64,000 nt of DNA from Octopus vulgaris (taxonomy: Eukaryota): assembly GCA_951406725.2 (NCBI GenBank), contig OX597828.1:59830001-59894000 (forward strand). Reading direction: 5' to 3'. Numbering within the stretch: position 1 is the first letter of the stretch; every line of letters begins with the position of its first letter. The notes below the pieces were generated by a model. It was not told where the DNA came from and made no database searches. It saw nothing but the letters and a program-made list of their open reading frames with translations. Positions 36,901 through 50,800 of the stretch are shown here, in pieces. The position numbers and the translations under genes were made by a program.

Positions 36901-39900
36901 TTCCACTCATAAAAACAAAAAAAACAAAATTAATCCTATGGAATACAGAATGGAAAATTGGAATTTTGCTAGAGCTGACAGTGCCATGGGAAGAGAACAT
37001 TGCTAAAGCAGAGCAATGGAAGGAGAAGAGGTATGAGAGATTTACTGAAGAGTGCAGAGAACAGGGATGGACAGTAGAGTATTACCACCTGGCAGTGGGG
37101 ACTAGGGGCTTCATTGAAAAGAAAATGGCAATGTTATTTAAAAGAAAGTTTGCATTTTCAAGCTCATAGCTGAGAAAAGTAATTAGGAATATACAGGAGG
37201 CAATTGACAAAACCAGCTTCTATATATGGCTGAAATAGAAGGCCCAAAATGGCTTGAAAGCCATAACATGCCGACTGGGAAATAGCATCGCTAGATGAGG
37301 CTGGTTGACACTTAAGCAGTATTGTGGTTTGACAGGTGGGCCAAGGTAGCGATCTCGTTCATAGCCCACCCTCCTGTTTCGAAAGCTTGTATCACCAAAC
37401 AGATGGTTGGTTCTGGCTGCTGGAACTGACACTAACACGACACTGTTGGAAGACAGGTTTAGATAGGGCACAGGCTAAAACTACATGCCCTTCCCCTCTA
37501 TGGGTCTGTTGAAGCTTAGACGGTGTCATGTGACAGTTAGCTGGTGCTGGCTGCTGGAGCCTACCAGCAAGTATTTAAAGGTAAATTTGGCAGGAAGGTC
37601 ATTCGCCCGCTGACATTCGTTGACACTGCATCGAAGAAACCAAAGAACAGAAGAAAAAGGAAGAAAGAAGAAACGTACTCAACAACAGAGCTAAAGACAC
37701 CTCCAAAAGAGGGGGCCCCACCATGTCAAAAATGGTAGAGGAGTAGGGGCCAAAACCAGACGTGGTTTCTCCTGATGATGTCTTTAGCCACTGGATCCTA
37801 TAAAGGAGCTGTTGAGGTAGCGAATCACGAAATGTGGTTGGAATTCCTCCTAATTATGAGCAATGACGAATCAAATTAATTAGGAGAGAAGGTAATTCAA
37901 GAACAAAACAATTATAGACTGGATTTTCTGATTGCCTTGTATAGATAAATTGTCATTTAAGTATCTTTGTAATTACATATAAGACAGATATTTACAGCTG
38001 GCAATTATTGAAAGCTGCATAACTTTTTTTTGCTTTGATATATTTTTATGGGGTTAGCAAGAAAAGATACATCTGGCGGAGATCTTCCATTTGAACACAA
38101 ATAAAGTATAGTTTGCTTTTCAAATAGCTGAGATATTTTGAGTTAAAGTCAATCTTAGGGGTTATTTACCAATTTTTTGGCTACTTAAAGCTGCATAACT
38201 TTTTTTCTAATTATATCTTTTAATGAGGTTTTCACCAAAGGATTCTACTAATCGATTTTTTAAAAATAGTTATAATTAAAGTATAGATTTTCTTTTAAAT
38301 AACTGAGAAATTACAAGTCAAAGTCAATTTTAGGAGTTACTGCCATGTGTGAATATATACACACAACAAATTACCACTTTTTTTCATCACCTAAAGCTGC
38401 ATAACCTTTTTATAATACCTTTTAACAAGGTTTCCACCAAAAGATTCTACTCATCGAGTTCTTTTAGAATTAGAGTTTGGTTCACTTTTCAGATATCTGA
38501 GATATTTTGAATCAAAGTCAATTTTAGGCGTCATTTATCAATTTTTTGGCGACTTAAAGCTGCTTAACTTTTTTTCTATCTAATATCATTTGAATAGGTT
38601 CTAACCAAAAGATTCTATTCTTTGAGTTCTTTTAAATAGTCATAATTAAAGTATAGTTTTTCTTTTAAATAACTGAGAAATCACAAGTCAAAGTAAATAT
38701 TAGGCATTACTCTTCCATTTTTATCATAACTTTTTTTCTACAGAACCAAATTTCAATTATTTTATGTCAAAATGTAGCTTACCACTGGTCCCACATAGTG
38801 CAAAAAACTAAATTAAGATTGAGCTAAAACTGAATTAGTGGTAAAGTGTTAAATTGGCTGTGAGTGAGTAAAAGTTGATCTTAATATTATTCACACACTG
38901 CCATGTCATCATCATTTAATGTCAGCTTTCCATACTAGCATGGGTTGGACAATTTGACTGAGGACTGGCAAACCAGATGGCTGCACCAGGCTCCAATCTG
39001 ATCTGGCAGACTTTCTACAGCTGGATGCCCTTCCTAATGCCAACCACTCTGAGAGTGTAGTGGGTGCTTTTACATGCCACCGGCATGAGGGCCAGTCAGG
39101 TGGTACTGGCAACGGCCACATTCAAAAGGTATTTTTTATGTGCCACCTGCACAGGAACAAGTCCAGCAGCACTGACAACGACCTCACTCGAATATTTTTT
39201 CACATGCCACTGGCACAAGTACCAGTGAGGCAATACTGGTAATGTTCACGCTCAAATGGTACCTTTTATGTGCCACCGGCACGGAAGCCAGTTTGCTGCC
39301 CTGGCAACGATCGTGCTTGGATGGTGCTCTAAGCACACCACTAGCACGGACGCCAGTCATCGAATTTGAGTTCTATTTCAATTGCTTCAACAGGTCTTCG
39401 CAAGCAGAGTTTAGTATCCAATGAAGCAAACGTATGCATAAGTGGGCTGGTTACACCCCTGGCATAGGCCACGAGGTTATGGTCTCACTTGGCTTGCTGG
39501 GTCTTCTCAAGCACAGCATATTTCCAAAGGTCTCAGTCACAAGTCATTGCCTCAGTGAAGCCTAATGTTCGAAGGTCATGCTTCACCACCTCATCCCAGG
39601 TCTTCCTGGGTCTACCTCTTCCCCAGGTTCCCTCAACTGTTAGGTGTGGGACTTTTTCACACAGCTATCCTCATCCATTCTTGCCATATGGCCATACCAG
39701 TGCAAACAACTCTCTTGCACACCACATCTGATGCTTTTAAGGTTCAACTTTTCTCTCAAGGTACTTACATTCTGATGAGTATGCACACTGACATTACACA
39801 TCCATGTATGTGGAAGATGTGCAGGTATAATAAACACTAGGAATGTACAGAAAATAGACTTCCTCAAATGTCTGGGGAGTGGGATCCTTAAAAGTAGTAG

Positions 39901-41086
39901 ATAGTTTTCATTATCAAGACAACCAATTAGCAGTGGAGGAGAAACTTCTGAAAGCATAGTTGCTAGAATAATAGGGTCATTCTGTTAACAAAGGGTCTCC
40001 CCCTCAGAGAGAAAGGCAGATTATATGATGCTTATGTATGAACAGCTATGATACATGGCAGTGAAACATGGGCTGTGACAGTAGAGGACATGCAGAAACT
40101 TGAAAGAAATGAACCCAGTATGCTTTGCAGGATGGGTAATGTCAGCGTGCATGTATGGGAGAGTGTAAATGATTTAAGAGAAAAATTGGGTATAAGAGTC
40201 ATTAGATGTAATGTGCAAGAGAGAAGACTGTATTTGTATGGTCATGTGATATGTATTGATGAGGACAGCTGTATAAACAAGTATTGATTTCTAATTGTGA
40301 AGGGAATCTGTGGAAGGGGAAGACCCATGAAGATGTGGGATGAAGTAGTAAGAAAAGTTCTTCAGATATTGAACGTCAGTGAGATGTTAAGGGACTGATA
40401 TTTGCTGTTTGAAAAGATACATGAAGTTAAGTAAAACTGTGGCCATCCATAGACACAGACATGTCCTCTATGGCCACAACCCACCCCTTCTCCTCATACA
40501 CATAAATCTGTCCTCTGGCAAAACTCACTCACAACCATTTCCCCCAAAACCCCACCACTCCACTACAGGCTCCTACAGTTTCCATTCAACATCACTTTCT
40601 ATCCCTAAATATTTCATTTCACACTCTTATGGGATATCTCCTCTATGCCACTTATACTTCCCCAGCCACTGTTCCTAGTGGATAGGCCCCACTTCTCTCT
40701 CTCACTTTGTCTCTATCTTTCTCTCTCTCCCCCGCCTCTCTCTACTTACTTGTCCTACTGGGGTAGTCAAGTACCTCCTCTGTATTAAGACAGCTATCCC
40801 TGACCTTCTATCATACTCCAACCACTTGCCTGGCTAACAGCCACCTTCATAAGTTCTTCTCCCTCTCTCAGCTGAGATGTCCTTGTTTTGCAAGCAACTT
40901 GGCGATTCTGCAGGTACTGGTACCATGTAAAAAGCACCCATGTTGATGCAATGTAAAATCACCCAGTACACTCTGTAAAGTGTTAGGAAGGGCATGTGAA
41001 AACAGACAATTGGAGTCTGGTGCAGCCATCTAGCTTACAAGCTCCAGTCAAATCATCCAAATCATCATGGAGAACAATGATGATGA

Positions 41087-41162
<76 letters not shown>

Positions 41163-44100
41163 ATACACACACAAATACATACTCATATACCATCATAATT
41201 TAACAGCCATTTTCCATGCTTATATATTGTTTCTTTCTACTGTCTCATCCTGTTCATGTATAGAGTTCCTGTGGTCCTACATTTCTTTTCAGCTGCAGCC
41301 AGTTTTATTAACTTAGAGGATGTAAAACTCTACTGTCTCTCATTGAATAAATCTCTGTTAACTATTCCCTGCTGAAGAAGGACTCTATCTGAAATGTTGT
41401 ATTTTCCACACCCCACGAAATGTTCATTGTACTCTTTTTACTAATTTTACTATACACACACATACACCTTAATAGACTCAAATTACATGGTTGAGAATTT
41501 GATTCTACAAACCATGCTAAGGTTCATAGCAATGCTGTGAACTCATTTCACATAAAAAAGTGACTCACAGTCTCCCAGTACAGACCACATCACACCCAAT
41601 AATTTAGGTTCTATGTTTACTATTCATAACACTCTCAGATTGAGTATACAGCCAGTATGCTGCTTTCCTGGACTAGTGCTGAGATTGCTCAGCACTGCAC
41701 CGACACTTCTTTGGCATACTAAGAGTCACTGTCTCCTCACTGCCTTTATAACTGTAACTGTAGGGCAGCTAGAGCCTGCTCTTTAAATGGGAATTGTGTA
41801 AAGAAAAAAGTGGTCTACAAATGCACCTTTATGAGGTGGTATCAAAAAAGTTCCTGAACTAGTTCTGTAGTGCTGAATGACATCACTGTTTACTTTCCAA
41901 GTTGTAAAATTTGTAGTTTTGTGATCATATGTATGCTAAAGTCTGCGAATGATGATGATGATGATAGGGAACAAAGAGCCAACATGAAATTTTGTGTTAA
42001 ACTTAGGAAGTCTGCTATAGAGACATTGAGCATGCTTTGGCAAGCTTACAGCAACAAGGCAATGGGTTGTATGCAATGCTTTGAGTGGCACAGATGCTTC
42101 AAAAGTGGAAGAATGTCATTGGAAAACAATGAGCCATCTGGAAGACCAACTACGAGCGTCACATCCAGAAATGTGGAGAAAATTCATCAGCTTGTGAATG
42201 AGGATTGTTGGAGGACAATCAACGACATTGTTGATGTTGTGTGGGTCTGTCGTATGGGCCTGTGCAGGCAATACTAATGTCTGAATTGAACATGTGGCAT
42301 GTCTCTGTCAAGTTTGTTCCCCATCGACTGACCACTGAGTGGAAAGAACATCGTGTCAAAGTCTGTCAAGATCTCTGTCAGCATGCCACTGATGACCCAT
42401 CCTCCATGTTGAGAATCATCACTCATGACGAGAGTTATGACCCTGAGATGAAGCAGCAGTTGTCACAATGGAAGAGCTCTTCATCACAACAGAAGAAGGC
42501 ATGACAGAGCCACAGCTCAATCAAGAGCATGCTCATCACTTTTTTCAACATCTATGATATTGTGCATTGAGATTTCATCCCCTTGGGCCAGACTGTCAAT
42601 CGAGAATTCTATTGCAATAGCTTTTTGAGGGCAGACATTCAACAAAAGTGACTAGATCTATGGAGCAACAGAAACAACATGGTATCGCTTCTGCACCCGC
42701 CCTATTTGCCAGATTTAGCACCTGCTGTTTTAACACTGTTGTAAAGATCAAGAGTGAATTGCAGATCCTCCACTCACTCACTGAAAACAACTTCCAGGCT
42801 GGACTCCGAAAGTGGCAGGAACACTGGGACTGGTGTATTGTTGTGCAAGGTGACTTTTTGAAATGAGATAATGTTAAAACTTATGTAAATAAGTTATCTT
42901 TTATTAAACATAACCAATTTCGGAACTCTTTGATATCACCTTGTAAGTACTACATAGGTTTCACAGCTGGTTTTACAAAAACAGAATCTTTATGCATCTT
43001 CTCTTATTTAAGAATGACAGACACTGACTTTCTACTTCTTGAGTCAAATATATTTTTAAACAAAAATCAAGGTGGAGTCTAAAATCAAGTGGTCTGTCAT
43101 TGATTCTGTTCCTTCCTACCACACTGTTAGACTGACATGTACATCATATTTATGTGAGGCCATCACCAACATCACCACTGATGACCTCCAAGTTAATAAG
43201 TGTAATGAACTACTTATTGACATCACTTAAAATCATTATTCAATAGCTACTCTGGATAACCACTCTTCTTAGGTTAGATCCTACATTAGATCCTAAATTA
43301 TGTCTATATCTTATGAGTTTTACATGAAGGGCTACTGATATAATTATTCTAGACTCTTTAAACCCCTCCAAAGCTATTGAACATCTAACTTTTGAACTGT
43401 TCTGAACATCACTGTACATCACCTATCCCTATCCCTATTAGCCCCACCAAACCCCATGTTTCTAGACAGCAGCCAACACTCTACACTTGACTTTTGTGTC
43501 ATAATCTCTATATATAAAACTGAAATGCGTTTTTACCGCTTGGATTGCTTTCAATGCCACTACGTCCCATCCGATTCGCTCCAAAATTTACAGGGACATG
43601 TAGAATGAGGTGACAATGCTCGTGGACTACCTTAGAAATCCCTATCTTAAAAGGTGTGGTTGCTAGGGGCCATCTTCCTCACTCACGCTATTTCCTCCTT
43701 TCCCTCTCTTACTCCCCTTCATTTATAACTTTGAGAATTCCACTACCGTTATTTAAAGTAGCTGTCACTCTCGCTATTTCCTCTCTTTTTCACTGACTCT
43801 GTGTCCTACCTTCCCATCACTTCGGCGGCGTTCTTTTAAGTATCTGTCTGTCACCAACAACACACGAGCATGAGAACAAATATTATGAATCAGATATTCT
43901 TGCGTTCATTTATATATGTGTGTGTGTGTGTTCTATATATAAATATGTATATATAATGTATGTGTGTGTTCTATATATAAATATGTATATATAATGTATA
44001 TATACAAAGTGTATATATCTGTATTTATGTATATTAAACTTTTTCATACTTTTTCATAGTTATATATATTTTTAAACAAATTATAAATATAATTTAATAA

Positions 44101-44282
44101 TTTTTATTTTCAATTTAAATAATTTAAATTTTTCAATTTTATATTTTATATATTTTCTATATTATATTTTTTTTTTCATGATTTTGGTTTTTCACTGTTT
44201 GATTTGCCTATTAGTGGTTTTCTCTCTAATTTCATTTATACAGATATATATCTCATTTATATACATTTGTATATATAATGCG

Positions 44283-44316
<34 letters not shown>

Positions 44317-47300
44317 TATATAATGTGTGCATTACGTAGTCGGTCGATTCAGCTGAAAATATGCACACCTATGTTAAAAGTACTGGCAAGTTTGCATGAC
44401 AACTATTTTTTTCCTCAAATGAAAGGCGTCACCTCTAGGACAAAATTCCTCATCTTATAAACTGTGGCCCCAGTAGACCCGAATGAAATCGGGTTATATT
44501 AACCAAAATGTGAAAAGGGGTCTAAATGGGGCTGGAAGGGGATTAAAATTTCAAGGAGTGGGTGTTTAGGAATTCTCTGTTACATCAAGCTAAAAAATTT
44601 GCGCCAGCCTTTTAATCGTCAATGTGCTGCCGTCCATGATAAAGAAGTTTTGAATGCTTGCCATGGTGAGTCTACTGTCGTGAGAAAGAATCACTTCAAA
44701 ACTTGGTGTTTACGAATTTTCTTTTACATCAAGTTCAAAATTTTACGCCAGCCGTTAAACTGTCAATACGTTGTTGTCCGTCGTTAAGAAATGCCAGCCA
44801 TGGTGACTCTACTATCCTCAGATTCTATCCCTTCAAACTTTGGTTTCCAATATTTTATTATTTTTATTCAGCTCGCAAGTTCGTCTGTCCCTTTTAAATG
44901 TTAGCGTTTTGCTGTCTGCCTTGAAGCAGACCTTTCCGTTGCCACTGCCTGATATTTATGATTGATCTTTCTAAATATTTTATTTCTCAACTTACTCAAG
45001 ATCTTCTGTTGTTTATAAATGGGAGAGAGATAGATAAAGATAGAGAGTAAGAGAAAGCGAGGGAGAGTCCGAGAGAAAAGAAAAGTAAGAGAGTGGGAAA
45101 GTGAGATAAAAAGGAGAGAGAAACAAAGACGGAGAATCATCATCATCATCATCGTTTAACGTCCGTTTTCCGTGCTAGCACGGGTTGGACAGTGTGACCG
45201 GGGTCTGCGAAGCCAGGAGGCTGCACCAGGCTCCAGTCTGATCTGGCAGTGTTTCTACAGCTGGATGACCTTCCTAACGCCAACCACTCTGTGAGTGTAG
45301 TGGGTGCTTTTTTCGTGCTGCCGGCACAGGTGCCAGGGGGGCTTGCAGTGGCAACGATCGGTTGGTGCTTTTTACGTGCCACCGGCACAGAAGCAAGTCA
45401 AGGCGGCGCTGCAATCGGCCACGTTCGGATGGTGCTTTTTACGTGCTGAAAGGAAGCAACAGAAAGTAACAACCACACTCTTACCCGCGCGTAGAGCGGG
45501 TCACCTTCAGATAGTTAGTTATATATTTAATACACCCTTTACTTTTGTATTGTTGTTGAAGATGATGAGGATTACTGGGAGTACTATTGCCACCACCACT
45601 GTTACTATTATTTTTCCTCATCATCATCATCATCCACTTTCCATCTTAGGATTCTTTCAAAATATAAGACTGCAGTTTTTTGTAAGTCAACAATGCAAGT
45701 CTTAATTCCAGTATCCTGCAGCTGCTTAGATAGCAGTTTGGGTGTTGTGCCAAGTATACCAATTACTACAGGAATAAATGTCATCTTCATGTCCCCAGTC
45801 TCTTTATCTCTCAGGCTAGATTCTGATATTTTACAATTTCTTCTGGCATTTGTATGATATTGCAAAACCTATGATCTTACACATTTTACTGTTCTCTACA
45901 ATCATATCTAGTCTTCTTACGTATGGCCAGTCTTTATGGAGATATTCCATAAAATCCTGTAATTGTTATTCTCTAGCTTGTGTTCAAACCACTTTTCTGC
46001 TAACATCCCAATGCACTCTTTTACCAACATAGTCTTACCTTTGCTTTTACTCTTTTTGTGGTAGCATACTGCACTCAATCCTTAGCATTCAGATTACTCT
46101 GTCAAATGAGTGCAATAGGCTGGATCTTATTGGTTTGAACATAAACAGGTAGAATATTTGGGATGGATATGGCTGGTTAGGAAATGGTTAATATTTCTAA
46201 ATTTGCTCTCTGACTGCATTTTATCAACTTTTACCTTTATCAAATTCAATCTAATGGCTTGGTTCTGAGTGAGTATAATTAGTGACTTGATTTCTCACAT
46301 CAAGTTTCTGTCTGCCAGCACAACCAATACATGGAATGTATATGATGATGATGCATTTATCATATACTATTTTCAGCTTATTTCTTCTAAAATGCCATCA
46401 CTTTTTGATGGCACAAGTATAGGAGTGAATTGAAAAAACACCAACTTTTGAAGTACAGTACCACAAGTAATCACATCTGTTACTGGGTAATCAACGGTAT
46501 ATAATTCTAATTCGAAAAAATGTTGCTTTGGGCCAAGAAACAAGAAATAAGAACTCTTTTGTATATGAGAAAATTTAGCATCAATTTAGAATGACCTTCA
46601 TGTCAAAATATTTCCTGTTGCACACAATGCATTTGTTTATTCAGTTAATAGTGGCAAATGTTTTCCTTGCTTTGATTTTTGAGCATCATAATGTGTATAT
46701 CTCAAGCGGTAAGTTAGATACAGTGACATTATACATTAATAACAGGAGATAGAGAAATTGAACTCAGAAAACATAAATCAGAGAGAAGATTCAATGTCAC
46801 TTATACACACCAGTATGGAATTTATATAGGGATTTATTGATTCTGAGCAGTAGTAGAGTGATCACATACTTCATCATTGCTTTGATGCTTTCACTGGTGA
46901 TGTAGGCCCTATGGAAAGCCTCTTGAGTATTTTCAACTTTTTCCTGAAGAAATATTTTTCAGGATGAGTAATGAAATTAAAAAGTATGAGTGTCAAAAAG
47001 ACAACCCTATCTTCATAACATCAATGAAAGAAATGAAGGAATATCTCGAAATGCTTATCTCATGGGAGTTGTGCAGCTTTCAAATTATAGGAGATTATTG
47101 GAGCACAAATTCAGCACTGAAATTGAAAAATTGATGCCCAGGAATCAATACCTTGTAAATAAGTTAAAACATCTACCTGTAATCAGCTTACCAATATTCA
47201 ACCTGCCTAAGTAGTTGATAGTGACATTACAAGCGATAAGTCAAAAACAAATACCAAACTACATTCCCAGTGTACACCAGCAATCATTACATCCTATCAC

Positions 47301-47827
47301 CAAGTTTCATTCCTATTCATGCAATGCTCATATTTTTATATGAATTAACAAGAGTCAGTGGCCTGGTGAGTGAGAGAGAAAGCAAGTGTGTGTGTGTGCA
47401 TGTAATTAATATGGAAAACCAAGAGGAAAGCCAGCGAGAGTTAACAAGATATTAATCACGAGAAGTTTCGCTTTGTTTGTCCAAAGGCTTCTGAGAAGTT
47501 TCAACCCAGGAATGTTGCCTGCTATTTATTTTATCAATCTTGAAAAAGGAGAAAAGCAAAACAACTAAGCACAAAGAAATGTAGCCTGGGTAAAATAAAT
47601 ATCATTATATGTTTCACTCAACGTAATACCATGTCAGTATACACATACATGCACACAAGACACACACACCTTTGACAAGGGACACACAGTTTCTGTTTAC
47701 CACATTCCACTTTTGGGTTAGGTGAAAATGAAGCTATAGTAGGACAAAAAGCCAAGACTTTGGTAGAAACAGACATGAAGCCATAAGGTAGTGAAGCAGA
47801 CTTTTTAATTACAGTCATGACTACATC

Positions 47828-47884
<57 letters not shown>

Positions 47885-50800
47885 TTGTGAATTATGAGAA
47901 CATTAAAAAATATTTACTTGATAAATTCCAAAAGAAATATTTCAAAATAAATGCTTTAGATATATGAAGTTTCTTTTTTAAAATATTACTTGTGTGAGAA
48001 CATGTATACTCTTACTCTCTCTTTTACTCTTTTACTTGTTTCAGTCATTTGACTGTGGCCATGCTGGAGCACCGCCTTTAGTTGAGCAAATTGACCCCAG
48101 GACTTATTTTTTGTAAGCCTAGTACTTATTCTATCAGTCTCTTTTGCTGAACCGCTAAGTTACAGGGACGTAAACACACCAGCATTGCTGGGGGGACAAA
48201 CACAGACACACAAACATATACATACATATATATATATATATACAACAGGCTTCTTTCAGTTTCCATCTACCAAATCTACTCACAAGGCTTTGGTCGGCCC
48301 GAGGCAATAGTAGAAGACACTTGCCCAAGGTGCCATGCAGTGGGACTGAACCCAGAACCATGTGGTTGGTAAGCAAGCTACTTACCACACAGCCACATTT
48401 TTTGGATGGAAGGACATACAACAAAAATCTGTAATAATATATTGAATTTCTTTTTGAGAAAAACTAGCCTGCATTAAGAAAAAGATTGGCATAGCTTATG
48501 ATAAGTATGTATGAGATTTTTAAGAATGATAACACATATTTCAGGAGGAAACAAAATATATAACCCCAACACCAATAATGTATTTACTAGGTTATCATTG
48601 AATATTTACAAAACAAAATACTTAATTTCTTCAAAATTATTTTTTAAGTAAACATGCAGTGTGGGTATAGAAATATAAACACAATATTGATGTTTCCATG
48701 ATTTTCCATTATAATTTAGTATTATCAAATCTATTTCTTGTGCGCTACCTTTTGTTGAACATTTTTATCAGCAATAATTTGCTGTTCTGAATACCCTGTG
48801 CATATACCCTGTTCTGAATACCATGTTCTATCAACTTCTGGGCAAATTTCATATCTTGGTTCCTTTCACTTTTTACTTTTCCTTTACCAAACCACATGTC
48901 TCAATTTTAAACACTCTTCCTCCCCCATTATTTTCATGATTAAACATACTTTCCTGAAATACATACCTTCAATTTAGTGAACTTAGCATACTGGTAGACA
49001 TTATCACCTAGATTACATAACAAGAAATAATGCAAGGCTGCTTGTTTATTATTAAAAAACACAAAGTCAATAAAAGGAGTATACTTGATGTACATGCAAT
49101 TCCTGCTTGGTACTTGCTTTTATTTCCATATTAAGTTCTATTTAACTCAATTTCCATTTAGCATAAAAAATAATACTAACTTACATAATTTATTATTTAA
49201 AGCAAAACTATAAAACTTTATGTATTATAATGTTCTAAAGAATTACACTCCTTTTGTTCTCAATGCAAACTCATAAACCTGATCACCTGTTCATGATGTG
49301 AAACTGTGATATCTCTCTTAAATGAATTTAGTTTGGCTTATTTACAAACCAATGTATAGAAAAGGGAGGAAACTGCATTCAGATACATATTAAATAAATA
49401 TTTGCTTACCATCTGCTTTCACTTTTAAATTATAATTAAGCACAAAGAGGTTGTTCTTGTCAGGAAAGGCATATTGACTCATTTGCTTGAGGAACTAAAT
49501 TTAAAGAAAAAAAATTTTATTTGGAATTAGAAAAATTTAACATGACTTATACATCCGATTGAAATTTAATTATGTATTAAAATTTATTTCTATAAAGACT
49601 AAAGCTGCAGGTTCTCATTCTCATTTGAACATCTAAACTTGATACAAATCAAAGAAAATTTCTCAAATTATCACATACAAGTCACTTATTACTATCCATA
49701 AATCGTTGAATATTACCTCTCTAATTCTTCACACAAAAGCGTGTAGGGTGTGTGAAAAAGTGTAAATTTTTACGCTTAGTTATAATTTATCTGCCAAGTG
49801 CTGTTAGTAAAGTAATATACATCAGTAAAGTAATATATATAAAGCTTTTCTTCCTCTCTAAAACATAGTTTAAGCAAAATTAATTAATAAAATTTCTTTA
49901 TCCTTTATATTAATGAACAATAACAAAATTTTTTAGCATATTAAGAAAGATACACAAATTCAATACAGTAAAGTCCTATCAAATTATTCCTATTTGTGCC
50001 AATGAGAAAATTATAACAGTAAATTAGAAAATACTCATTTCATAGAATCCTAACACAAAATCTTTTAAGCGATGTAAATATATTTGCATTCCAAAATTAA
50101 TATCAAGTCTAGAATAATATTTTCTAGTTACATTTGCAATCTTTTTAGCTTACAAAGCCCTGATAAATTATAGAGATCTCATTATTAGTTTGAATAACAT
50201 GAGCAGGTATACAGTTGACAACCTTAGGAAACAAAAGATATGTTGAAGCAAATTATACAATGGTTAACTTCTTAACACCCTTAAATGTTACACTTAAATT
50301 CCATTTTGCTATTACAAACAAACCTATCAGTGAATATCAAATAAATTATCAAAAAAATAAGTACATTGTCTGATGAAGGCATTTTTAGCAAGTCTACTGA
50401 GTACTACAGCAACCAACCAAAAATTAATAGGAGATATAAATATATCCTACAATAAAATGTAATACCACAGTTGGCAAATATTTTCTCTCTTTAATCAGAA
50501 AATACTTCCAAAGAAGTCATAAAATACCATCAACACAATGGCTACCAAATTTCAACAAGTACAACATAAAAATTAGCTACACCTGCATATAAAACACATC
50601 AAGTCCTACTGAGTAATACATTGCAGAAATGTAAACGAAGGAAGAGCAAAATGAACCAACTTGCAATTGTTGAACTACAGAACTCTGCCATCTGTTTAGA
50701 AAAAGGAATTGCATAACAAGCTGATGTCTTCACTAACTATACATCAGTAGACTACACAAAATTCACAGAACATTCTTTCAAAGTCATCTCTATTATCACA

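Noticed and set aside
38907-40430. Twin-priming inversion of a single LINE
   Set aside because: The two oppositely oriented pieces overlap in homologous sequence and differ in divergence, so they are independent insertions.
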